NCBI RefSeq assembly: GCF_964355755.1
Contig: NC_092673.1
Location: 32,733,648-32,797,647, forward strand
From: Antedon mediterranea
Taxonomy: Eukaryota > Animalia > Echinodermata
Length of the DNA: 64,000 nucleotides
Reading direction: 5' to 3'
This document shows, piece after piece, positions 51,984 through 64,000 of this stretch. The translations under genes were made by a program, and so were the position numbers. The notes beneath the pieces were generated by a model that was not told the DNA's origin, made no database searches, and saw only the letters and a program-made list of their open reading frames with translations. Numbering within the stretch: position 1 is the stretch's first letter; the number at the start of each line of letters is the position of its first letter.

Positions 51984-53610
51984 ATGTTATGTACCTGTAG
52001 CTACTCAGCAGCAGTGTCAGTGCAGCACGCCAACATATTATTTTTAGTAGATAGGCTAGGCCCTAGTATTAGTAATCTATATATAAATTATGGTTAATTC
52101 TGACATAGGCGAGCACAATGCAAAAACTTCGGTACAAATCTCCGCCTTGAATACCTACCTTATCTATCTGAGATGTACCGCGAAACGTAGATTTGATAAC
52201 ACTAGTGTTCACATCGACGCTATTGTTCCACATTTCTATCTTAGGAAGATATTATAAAGAATTTTTTAACAAAATTTATGATTTCAACATTAGATTTTCA
52301 TCTCAATTTCAATTCTTCCCGGTCAAAGTAATTTCCGGGTTTAAGATAAGTTCACCTTGCAACAACCTGGTTTCAAATGTTTTCTCTCTTTTATACACAA
52401 GGGAGAAGTTAAAATAATAGATTTGACCCTAAAGGTGACTGGAAACTGGCACTTTCCATCAATCAATACAGTGTCCCTTTGGAAGACGAAAAAAAAATCA
52501 GGTAGTAGGACTGGAGCTTAAGTTTGCCATTAGTCCGCATAGCCATTTCAGTTTTTTGTTTATTTTAAAACATACCGCGCGTGTGTGAAGGTACAGTATA
52601 TAAATAATAGGAATTATACTGCAAATTAATAAAGATCAAATTAAATATACGCCATAACGAATCAGAATATATTGTGGGGAATAGTATTATATAATTACAT
52701 AGGGACATTTGATGATAAGACATTTTTCGAGTGAAATCCTGATAGCTGAGTTTTATTGAGTAAGCTTGCAGGAATAACTGTAGGCTATCTTCCTGTGTCC
52801 CGTTAGGACCGAGATGTCTGCCCATGTTGCAAGCCGTAATGTATTCTTTCTTGGGCCCACTCTGTTACGGCAGTTAGTTTCAAAAGATGGTTAAATTAAA
52901 TAATGTATTAATAATTATTAGGATGGTATTCATTTGAATAAACGCCTCTCCAATAAAACATCACTTTGAATAATAACCCCCCCCCCCCAAACCCAACTAT
53001 CTAATAAACGTCCATCCACATATTTATAATAACACAATTATACTATTTGTAGTAGAATTCACCGCACTGTTATCTACAATTTACAAGCATTTGTTATTCT
53101 TCTTTAGCACTGTTCATATCTATTAGAGGATTTCATTTGATTATCAATGTTACCATATTATTAAAACTAAAATATTTAACATATATCCCTCGAATAAGCA
53201 CCTCCCTCAAATGACCTCCGCCTCCCAAAAGGGCCCTACCAAACAATAAAAACTATACTTTAACATTTTATTAATCACCTAAAACACTGTGAAACAAACT
53301 AGTTTAGTTTTACGAATGTCAAGCATTTTCAATATTAATGGTAACCGACAGAAAACGTATAAGGAGAACATTATCATTCCGAGAACCATCGTCTACACTT
53401 CCTAGAGGAGGAGCAAGCGAAGCGAGTTCACCCTCTAGTAATACTTAATTAATACTGTACTAATTGATTTGACCAAAATCTAATCAAACTAGCCTTGAGC
53501 CTAGGCTAGTAGGCCTATGTACTAAATTGTATGAATCAAAATATGAATGAATTATCTTGGCCTAACTAGTTATATGTATATATATTTATACAAGATGTTA
53601 TTTTTTAAAG

Positions 53611-53680
53611 GTTTTGAACAACTGAATTCAAAAACTGAAAGTACACCAACACCGCGGAAGACCGAATTATCGACTGTAAA
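53611..53680 (+). CDS. Penultimate exon (phase 1 in, phase 2 out) of the DED-VLIG gene
   Basis: ttttaaag|GT...AA|gtaagt; GFEQLNSKTESTPTPRKTELSTVK; phase matches acceptor ttccag|53781. Confidence 0.65.
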
Positions 53681-53780
53681 GTAAGTTAATATATGGAAAT
53701 TATTTACATTTTGTTACAGATTTTTTATGTTGGAGATTACCGGTATCATATTATATTTAACACTTTCGTTAAACTTCCAG

Positions 53781-56700
53781 AACTTTAGATAAAAAGGAAG
53801 ACAACATTGGCATACACCAGCAGATAGTTGAACACCTAGGACTAAATAAATATTATCCCAGAAAACTAACTCGTGAAGATGTATTTGTAGTCTCCAAAAA
53901 TGTGATTACACCTGAGGAACTAAATGATGATCCAAGTAAAATACCATGGTACATGTTGCAAAATCTTATAATGTGCAACTACGAAGGAAGATGTTTTGAT
54001 TTAGAAGAAAATGAATCATTTTCACTTTTTTCTCTTCTACAAGAAAAATCAAATTACAGTAAAAAAAACAGTAAAGTAAATCCAATTGACGCACTAGTGG
54101 CTGTTTTCATGTGTTGCGACAATTTTTTAAGACAAATTTTGATTGAAAAATTGTCGATGTGTCAGTTAGCTATTCCATTACTTATGCCAGTTACAGACGT
54201 ACCTAACAAAAAATGGGAACTGATAGTGTGGGGAATGAGCACAATCACAAAGAAATGGAAAACGAGATCAGGTATGTCTTGTGAACGATCAATGGTAGTA
54301 GAACGTTTACCAATTGTGTCTGCTTTGCGATTAGGAAGACCTAAGATATCCAAATCTAAAGTTATCAACTGTGTCATTAATGAGCAGAAACATGATACTT
54401 TTTTTAACTATGAATGCAAAGGTGGAAATTTCGAGCGAAAATTATCAAATGGTTTATTAGAAATGGCGTGGTACCTTCCTACGCAAAAGGGTCCTTTCTC
54501 GGAGGCACTATCTTTCATAAATTTGCGAGGAAATGCATCTGATTTCCAAATTCAGACACAATTTTTGTCTGAGATATCACTGGTCACTATTGCATTTGTT
54601 TCCTGTGCTGATTTTAATGTTAATAACGCCACGTTGTTTAAGTCACTGTACAGACAAATGGGTCACATAATTTTTATCTTAGATGGTATTCCTGGAGAAG
54701 GTTTAGGAAAGGTCTTGCGTGAAATTCAAGAAAATGTTAAAGATATGAACAAACAGGTACGATATATTAAGTCATTAAACAAAAATGAACTTAAAATAAG
54801 CGCAGAAATTTGGAAACTGCTTGTATCTAATTTTGAAGGAAGTAACCGTAAAATTGTTGGCCTACATGATAGGAGTGTCGAGGCATGCATTAAGGTAGTA
54901 GACAAACTAAATTTCCACGTTGACGAATTTGATTGTTCACATGAAGCAAAAAACAAAGTTGGCATGTTACTTAAGATTGTCAAAAAAGAGGGGAAACAAA
55001 AGGAACTACCCTTGCAAATGGTAACAGTAGAAATTGGAGAAAAAAAAAAGAGCAGCATCGGCTACTAGGAAAAGGAAGTATGCAAAATGAGGTGTATGTT
55101 GAAAAGGTAAAGAAAGAAATATACGACTTACGCTGTTGGCAATCAAGTCTACACAGGGAACGCAGCGAACGCAGTGAAAGCACGTATATGTTATTTAAAG
55201 AGTCATTCAAGTACAAGACTATTGAAAGAAAATACTTCTTTGGATTTGTTAAGATAATGGCCGATAGATATAGTATTCAAAAGCTACAGCCAATACGTGA
55301 AGAGTACATAAAGAAATGGAATGAATTGTGTGACCACAAAAAAGACAAACCAGAAACATCTAATCCACCATTGTACACAATGAAAGATAAACTTGATGAA
55401 CTTGAACAGAAACTATCTCGTGAATCTGTAGGATTAGAACATTTCACTAGAGAAATTGGACAGGATTACGAAATTTTTTCAGATTTGAAACTGCCAACAA
55501 ACGAATTTGACAGTGATCACTTACCAGAAGTTACTGCTGAGATGTTGCTACATGGATACCCCATTGAGCTGATGGATGGTGATGCAGTTCATGTGCCTAT
55601 TGCTTGGATTGAAGCCGTGTTCAACTCTCTTAAAGACACCATTGGCAAGAAAAAACTGTTTGTGTTATCTGTACTAGGCATTCAAAGTAGCGGAAAATCA
55701 ACCATGTTAAACGCCATGTTTGGTTTACAATTTTCCGTTAGCGCTGGCAGATGTACCAAGGGTATATTTGCTCAGCTGGTATCATTAGATAACAGTTTAA
55801 GAGAAGAAACACAATGTGACTACATTCTGGTGGTTAATACAAAGGGGTTGCGCTCTCCTGAATTTGCCAGTATTCAACAAGACACCAGTCGTGACAATGA
55901 ACTAGCCACACTTGTGATTGGTTTGGGTGATCTCACCATAATAAATATTATGGGAGAAAACCCAACATACATGCAAGACACACTTCAAATTGCTGTCCAT
56001 GCTTTTATGAAAATGGAAAATGTTAATATTAAACCGAGTTGCTTATTTGTACACCAAAACGTCACTGATGTTACAGCAACTGATAAAACTACGGAACAAA
56101 AAAGGAGTATGCGAGAAATGTTGGATAAAATTACAAAAATTGCTGCGGCCGAAGAGAATTGCAGTAAAAAATCATTTTCTGATGTCATCAACTTTCAAGA
56201 AAACAAACATATTATGTACATTTCCAGTCTTTGGCAAGGAGATCCACCGATGGCTCCACCTAATCCTGGTTACAGCAAATGCATTCTTCAAGTAAAGAAG
56301 CAAGTCTTGGAAATCATGAAGGATTGCAAACCTAAACGTATTGATGAGTTTCCAACATTGCTGCGCGATCTTTGGAAAGCAATATTATGTCAACATTTTG
56401 TAATCAGTTTTAAAAATTCTCTTGAGATTCAAACATTTAATGCTTTGAATGTTGAATATGTGAAGCATGCCCGTACATTGAGAAGAAGTGCACTGGAATA
56501 CAGCTACGGACTTCAAATTGAATGTGAGAAACTCACGGCAGACGAGATGAAAAAAGATGGACAACGAATCCTGGAAAGTTACGTACATAAATTAGAGAAA
56601 GATTTTCACGGATTTAAATCAAGCATGGCACATTATTTTAGAAAAGAACCAAAAGCATGTCAATGGAAATTTAAAATAGACATTCAAGTCAGTGGTCTAT

Positions 56701-58526
56701 GTGAGGAAATAAAAGCTGAACTAAATGACGCATTTACATCTTTTAAGAATAAAATTACTGGAAGAGCTAAATTCGATGTCGATATTAAAAGGTACAAAAC
56801 AGGTATCTATGAAAAAGCTAAGACGCTTGCCGACAAGTACCGAAATCAACAACTACCTGAGGTACAACTTAAAAAAGAATTCGCTACAAACTGGGAAACG
56901 TGGGTTTCAGACATACCAGGTGGTGATGAACACGTAGATGTACACAAGTCTTTTCCAGAGATTGCTGACAAATGTTTCTTAGAAAACGATAAATCGGAAG
57001 TTACAAGTATATTGCAGTCTAAGAACTTTGATACTGGCGTACTTGAAACGGATTTGTCTTTCGATACCAATCGCCCGGTTGAACAAAATAAAGCAATAAA
57101 AGTTGCTAAATCATTATTTAGTAAATTTGTGTTCGGTGGCAGTAAAGCACATGTGAATAACGCTAATAGTATTAAACAAAGCATTGTAGAGAAATTTAAA
57201 ACAAAAATCACAAAGCTTGAACAGAGCGGAAGAAGTTACACTGTACAACAAGGATGCGACCTTCTTAGCGACTTAGCAAATGAAATAGGAAAAATAGAAA
57301 TAGATGAGAAAGTTCACGTTACCGCGAAAGGAAAGATTCGAATAGCCTTGTGTAATTACAAGGTTAAACTCTTACCCATTTTGGCAAAGATGCAGGAACA
57401 CTACAAACGCGAAAATGACCCGAGAATATACATGGAGTGTCAAAAAGAAGGATTGTGGCAAATGTTCAAAGAAGAATGTGAAGATCTGCACATAATTGTT
57501 AAAGTGGCGTCGGCTACATCTCGATGGATTTCAAGTGCTATTAAAACAGCTCTTCCAGAGAAATGCAAACGTGGAGTAATTGACAAACTGAAAACCAACA
57601 AAGGTTTTTCTAGCAAGATGTCTCTCCATGCATGGATGCTGGTTGAAATAGCAGAAAAGGGCGATTTCCAATCATTTGAGAAGTACTTATCTGATCCAAT
57701 AAAATGCATCAAAACGTTCACATCTGAACAAATAGAGAAAATGTGTTTTCAGAAGAATGATAAAATCAGTAGTTCTGTAATACAAGATATATATCATAAT
57801 AAAGTTCAGGACATATTAAATGGATTAAAGGAAGCTATCCGTACATTAAGTGCGAAAGGTTCCATCACAATGAAATTATGGTGGCCAACCTTTCTTAGAC
57901 ACATTGATAAAGAGTTATGCGTCAAAACGGACATTATGTTTTTTGATGAGGACAGAGATCTGGATTTGAAAAGCCTTAGCGATACACTGTTATCGGAATT
58001 AAACAAAGTTGAAGATAAAATAATTAATGCATATGACGACAGAATAGTCAATGAAATAAGCAAATCTTGCTGTGAGTTCTTTACAGCTAATCTACTAGCT
58101 TGTCAGGAGGTGTGTCCATTTTGTAAAGCACTATGCGATCTTAATGGCCCACATGATCACCATCGGACAGATTGTCACAAACCGAAAGGGGTTGCCGGAT
58201 ATAGGTGGAAGAAGTCTGAAAAACTCAATTCAGATATATGCACAACTGCACTATTGTCTGATTATAGTTTTAGGAATCAACATACGAATGATGAATACAT
58301 TAACTACAGAAACTATAGGCCTAGAAGTGTAAATGACTACTACGCATCGTGGAAAATTGAACCACTGGGATGCGAGGCAGAGACGTTCTGGAAATGGTTC
58401 ATGGCAACATACAATACTGAACTTGCTGAACACCACAATGCTAAAGAGGCTGATATCCCAGCCGGATGGAATGATATTACAATGGAAGAAGCGAAGGATG
58501 ATATGAAAAAATGGTACGACATTTAA
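53781..58526 (+). pseudogene. GVIN1: VLIG/GVIN1-like terminal exon, copy 3, with a -1 frameshift and altered G3 motif
   Basis: ORFs 53902 and 55080 are colinear with copy 2; A10 run at 55040-55049 is one base short (may be a sequencing error); G3 reads NTKG instead of DTEG. Confidence 0.85.
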
Positions 58527-58573
58527 ATAACCAACATGTATTGATCGATTGGTAAATTCCGACTATTCCTCTA

Positions 58574-59680
58574 TAGTCCATGGGATTTAGCTAAAAAATG
58601 ACCCTTTTCTCACACAAATTGCAAGAAAAGGTTTTTTTGATGAAATGTGTTCTTTAGACCCTACTGAACACATTTATCAACGTTAGGACATTTTTCGACA
58701 ACGGGAAGTAGCCTAATTTGCATAATTAAAAATGGCCGCCATTTTTAATAACGTACTCTGTATCTTGGAAACCGCTAGTCACAGATACTTAATTATGGTG
58801 TCAAAATCGTTAGAATATATGTTTTCATATTCACTTTATTGAAAAAGTTTGTCCAAAAATGAATGGAAGTGTTATTTCTAACATTATTGACCTTTGACAT
58901 TGAATTCTCATATCTCAGCAACCACTAATCGGAGATATACAAATTAGGGCTTGAATTGTTCAGAAACTACACATTTATATCCAGTCTAATGGCATGTTTT
59001 TGCAAAAAATGGCGGATTCTAACATTATTGACCTTTGACCTTGATTTATCATATCTTAGCAACCACTAATCTGAGAAACACACAATATGGCTCAAACTGT
59101 TCAAAAACTACATATTTATATTTAGTCTAATGGCATGTTTTTGCAAAAAATTGCCGATTCTAACATTATTTACCTTTGAACTTTGCACTACATAAAATCG
59201 CATAACTTTGAAAATATTGTACATATGAAATTATTTTTAGTGTCAAATTGTTCAAAACATACATGTTTCTATAGAGTCCAATGACACATTATGTCAAATA
59301 ATGGCCTATTGTATGGTTATTAACATTTGAACTATATTTGAAAAGGATTTAAACCCGGAATCTTCTTCATGTGGACATCCATTAAAACATGTGATTTTGG
59401 CACTCTAAAATGTAAGAGTTGTAACGTTGACTTATTATGTTTAGTTTAAAGTAGGCCATGGTACATTAAATTTATAAGCATAAACTATTGCATTCATCCA
59501 AAAACTGCCTACAAGTTTACACGTTTGTTTATTTTTAATTATGCAAATTAGGCTACTTCCTGTTGTCGAAAAATGTCCTAACGTTGATAAATGTGTTCAG
59601 TAGGGTCTAAAGAACACATTTCATCAAAAAAACCTTTTCTTGCAATTTGTGTGAGTTAAAAGTCTAAATCCCATGGACTA
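58574..59680. mobile_element. Non-autonomous DNA transposon with ~160-bp TIRs and 3-bp TSD (Academ-like)
   Basis: cta|TAGTCCATGGGATTTAG ... CTAAATCCCATGGACTA|cta; internal ~141-bp repeats containing ttctaacattattgacctttga; superfamily tentative. Confidence 0.8.
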
Positions 59681-59859
59681 CTAGGCTCTATTGGACGTGC
59701 ACCTCTATGGTACCAACTTCATTATTGTGTATACATTTTTGTACGGTACAGTGACATGTAGGATATCCATGACATTTTGAATATTACTCTTTTTGTATAA
59801 TAACAGCAATTTTGGAAGATTGTCTAATAACATTACAAAATCATTCATGTCATTTATAC

Positions 59860-60156
59860 TGACGTTCCGCAAACTATGGGCCGTGGCCCAAATTTGGGAA
59901 GCGAAACACTTTTGAAGGGTCGCGGAGTGGCTTATGGAATTGTGAAAACAAACATGATTTGATGTTGCTGAAAATTCTTGATGTGCGCCTCGTTACCATA
60001 AAAAAAAATACAATGCAGTTTTTTGGGACCTAAAATGTTCTGAGGCTGAGGTGTCACGGACTTTCATTACCTTCATGTCGTTGATGCTGCTTGGGCCGCA
60101 GGTTGGTCCCGAGATGAGGATTTTAGCCCGCGAGATAAAAAGTTTGCGGAACGCTG
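59860..60156. mobile_element. hAT-like MITE
   Basis: TIR cgttccgcaaact / agtttgcggaacgctg; 8-bp flanks atttatac and atttttac (7/8 match). Confidence 0.7.
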
Positions 60157-61582
60157 ATTTTTACAGTATCATACATTGAATTTTACAATAAATCCAGAAT
60201 ACATAATCCTATTAATAAAGGTGTTATATCAATGTTTACTTATTATGAGAGTTTTTAATTTTAATTTAATAAGACAACGACACAGTAACAGAACAATTCA
60301 ATATATAATGTGACGGCATATCCATACGTTTTAATTTGATCATTGTCAATTATATTTTTCATTAAAACAATAATAAACCTACTTTGTAATAATTATTCAG
60401 TGATGAATGTTTTCAGTAATATTACTGTGCAAATTGTGTAATATTAAGTAATGTTAGCCTTATATATTACATTGCAACATCGTCTATAGTAAACCTTTTT
60501 CGCATATAAAAAGAGAAACAGTCATTTTGCTGTTACCACTACTCAAATTTAAATGTATATTTTAATTATTTTTTATTAATAAATGAATGAATGTATGAAT
60601 ATTTTGTTTAAATACAACATTGTAAATTTAGAATTAGATTTGCTTTATTAGGAAATAGTTACCTCAGCTTGAGATAGAAGAATATTTTCAAAATTATTGT
60701 TTCACATATAATTGTGTAACAATCATTCACCCACATTATTAAATCCCTCTTATATTACTATTATCCACACTCGTACGTTGTATCCCTCGTATATTACTAT
60801 TATACACACTCGTACGTTGTATCCCTCGTATATTACTATTATCCACACTCGTACGTTGTATCCCTCGTATATTACTATTATCCACACTCGTACGTTGTAT
60901 CCACTCGTATATTACTATTATCCACACTCGTACGTTGTATCCCTCGTATATTACTATTATCCACACTCGTACGTTGTATCCCTCGTATATTACTATTATC
61001 CACATTCGTACGTTGTATCCCTCTTATATTACTATTATCCACACTCGTACGTTGTATCCCTCGTATATTACTATTATCCACACTCGTACGTTGTATCCCT
61101 CGTATATTACTATTATCCACACTCGTACGTTGTATCCCTCGTATATTACTATTATCTATACTCGTACGTTGTATCCACTCGTATATTACTATTATACACA
61201 CTCGTCGTACGTTGTATCCCTCGTATATTACTATTATCCACACTCGTACGTTGTATCCCTCGTATATTACTATTATCCACACTCGTACGTTGTATCCCTC
61301 GTATATTACTATTATCCACACTCGTACGTTGTATCCCTCGTATATTACTATTATCTATACTCGTACGTTGTATCCCTCGTATATTACTATTATCCACACT
61401 CGTACGTTGTATCCCTCGTATATTACTATTATCCACACTCGTACGTTGTATCCCTCGTATATTACTATTATCTACACTCGTACGTTGTATCCCTCGTATA
61501 TTACTATTATCCATACTCGTACGTTGTATCCACTCGTATATTACTATTATCCACACTCGTACGTTGTATCCTTCGTATATAA

Positions 61583-61807
61583 AGCTTGGTTCCCACTAGA
61601 ACGTAACGCAAGGACGTAAACGCAATTTAAGCTTGGTTCCCACTAGCGACGCAACGCAAGGACGTAACGCAACGCAAGTGAATTGACCAATCACAAGCGA
61701 TGGCTTATTGGCTTGTGATTGCTAACTGGTATGACTTCGCTTGTCATTGGTTAAAACGCTTGCGTTGCATTTACGTCCTTGCGTTACGTTCTAGTGGGAA
61801 CCAAGCT
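61583..61807. mobile_element. PIF/Harbinger-like MITE in the minisatellite, copy 1
   Basis: TIR agcttggttcccactagaacgtaacgcaaggacgtaaa / tttacgtccttgcgttacgttctagtgggaaccaagct; an extra left TIR at 61630. Confidence 0.7.
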
Positions 61808-62201
61808 TACCTATTATCCACACTCGTACGTTGTATTCCTCGTATATTACTATTATCTATACTCGTACGTTGTATCCCTCGTATATTACTATTATCCACA
61901 CTCGTACGTTGTATCCCTCGTATATTACTATTATCCACACTCGTACGTTGTATCCCTCGTATATTACTATTATCTATACTCGTACGTTGTATCCCTCGTA
62001 TATTACTATTATCCACACTCGTACGTTGTATCCCTCGTATATTACTATTATCCACACTCGTACGTTGTATCCCTCGTATATTACTATTATCTACACTCGT
62101 ACGTTGTATCCCTCGTATATTACTATTATCCATACTCGTACGTTGTATCCACTCGTATATTACTATTATCCACACTCGTACGTTGTATCCTTCGTATATA
62201 A

Positions 62202-62426
62202 AGCTTGGTTCCCACTAGAACGTAACGCAAGGACGTAAACGCAATTTAAGCTTGGTTCCCACTAGCGACGCAACGCAAGGACGTAACGCAACGCAAGTGA
62301 ATTGACCAATCACAAGCGATGGCTTATTGGCTTGTGATTGCTAACTGGTATGACTTCGCTTGTCATTGGTTAAAACGCTTGCGTTGCATTTACGTCCTTG
62401 CGTTACGTTCTAGTGGGAACCAAGCT
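62202..62426. mobile_element. PIF/Harbinger-like MITE, copy 2
   Basis: Appears identical to 61583-61807 including junctions, offset 619 bp. Confidence 0.7.
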
Positions 62427-64000
62427 TACCTATTATCCACACTCGTACGTTGTATTCCTCGTATATTACTATTATCCACACTCGTACGTTGTATCCACTC
62501 GTATATTACTATTATCCACACTCGTACGTTGTATTCCTCGTATATTACTATTATCCACACTCGTACGTTGTATCCCTCGTATATTACTATTATCCACACT
62601 CGTACGTTGTATTCCTCGTATATTACTATTATCCACACTCGTACGTTGTATCCCTCGTATATTACTATTATCCACACTCGTACGTTGTATCCCTCGTATA
62701 TTACTATTATCCACACTCGTACGTTGTATTCCTCGTATATTACTATTATCCACACTCGTACGTTGTATTCCTCGTATATTACTATTATCCACACTCGTAC
62801 GTTGTATCCCTCGTATATTACTATTATCCACACTCGTACGTTGTATCCCTCGTATATTACTATTATCCACACTCGTACGTTGTATTCCTCGTATATTACT
62901 ATTATCCACACTCGTACGTTGTATCCCTCGTATATTACTATTATCCACACTCGTACGTTGTATTCCTCGTATATTACTATTATCCACACTCGTACGTTGT
63001 ATCCCTCGTATATTACTATTATCCACACTCGTACGTTGTATTCCTCGTATATTACTATTATCTATACTCGTACGTTGTATTCCTCGTATATTACTATTAT
63101 CCACACTCGTACGTTGTATCCCTCGTATATTACTATTATCTATACTCGTACGTTGTATTCCTCGTATATTACTATTATCTATACTCGTACGTTGTATTCC
63201 TCGTATATTACTATTATCCACACTCGTACGTTGTATCCCTCGTATATTACTATTATCTATACTCGTACGTTGTATCCCTCGTATATTACTATTATCTATA
63301 CTCGTACGTTGTATCCCTCGTATATTACTATTATCCACACTCGTACGTTGTATCCCTCGTATATTACTATTATCTATACTCGTACGTTGTATCCCTCGTA
63401 TATTACTATTATCTATACTCGTACGTTGTATCCCTCGTATATTACTATTATCCACACTCGTACGTTGTATCCCTCGTATATTACTATTATCTATACTCGT
63501 ACGTTGTATCCCTCGTATATTACTATTATCCACACTCGTACGTTGTATCCCTCGTATATTACTATTATCTATACTCGTACGTTGTATCCCTCGTATATTA
63601 CTATTATCCACACTCGTACGTTGTATCCCTCGTATATTACTATTATCCACACTCGTACGTTGTATCCCTCGTATATTACTATTATCTATACTCGTACGTT
63701 ATATCCCTCGTATATTACTATTATCCACACTCGTACGTTGTATCCCTCGTATATTACTATTATCCACACTCGTACGTTGTATCCCTCGTATATTACTATT
63801 ATCCACACTCGTACGTTGTATCCCTCGTATATTACTATTATCCACACTCGTACGTTGTATCCCTCGTATATTACTATTATCCACACTCGTACGTTGTATC
63901 CCTCGTATATTACTATTATCCACACTCGTACGTTGTATCCCTCGTATATTACTATTATCCACACTCGTACGTTGTATCCCTCGTATATTACTATTATCTA

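Larger units (their letters stand above)
60740..64000 (+). repeat. 39-bp minisatellite (tatccacactcgtacgttgtatccctcgtatattactat)n, running off the window
   Basis: Directly visible; 13-codon period in the spurious ORFs. Confidence 0.98.

Noticed and set aside
53400-53440. Possible Helitron 3' end (hairpin plus CTAGT)
   Set aside because: Hairpin imperfect and no 5' end identifiable.
20178-58522. Similar antisense ORFs opposite the three VLIG exons
   Set aside because: Their similarity is a by-product of sense-strand paralogy.
154-58526. Functional link between the Polinton and the adjacent immune GTPase cluster
   Set aside because: TIRs and TSD bound the element cleanly, no shared sequence was seen, and the region is generally transposon-rich; adjacency alone is not evidence.
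60712-63964. Long ORFs on both strands (YPSYITIIHTRTL, DNSNIRGIQRTSV repeats)
   Set aside because: Artefacts of a 39-bp unit lacking stops in several frames; no splice or start context.

Overview
AT-rich animal genomic DNA with spliceosomal introns, probably a marine invertebrate and possibly an echinoderm (taxon is inference only). (1) 154-14066: a full-length Polinton/Maverick (adintovirus-type) element with 569-bp TIRs (2 mismatches), AGTAGT termini and a 6-bp TSD (5/6 match). It encodes pPolB, ATPase, two conserved small/medium proteins, adenain protease, major and minor capsid proteins, a core-like protein, integrase and a PC4-like protein. Its pPolB gene begins with four short phase-0 exons that each end ATG|GTAAG, which the ORF track misses. 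pPolB, the major capsid gene and one small gene carry disabling lesions. (2) ~16-58.5 kb: three very-large-inducible-GTPase (VLIG/GVIN1-like) coding exons linked by arrays of duplicated symmetric exon-intron units. One predicted gene reads tandem death-effector-like domains, ten near-identical 27-aa linker exons, then VLIG. Another predicted gene joins a truncated VLIG through eight linker exons to a complete VLIG, possibly preceded by SLC44-like transmembrane exons. (3) Many non-autonomous DNA transposons, and a 39-bp minisatellite from ~60.74 kb to the window end whose unexpanded counterpart lies in the paralogous flank at ~38.5 kb. All gene models come from splice signals and reading frame only; no database or expression evidence was used.
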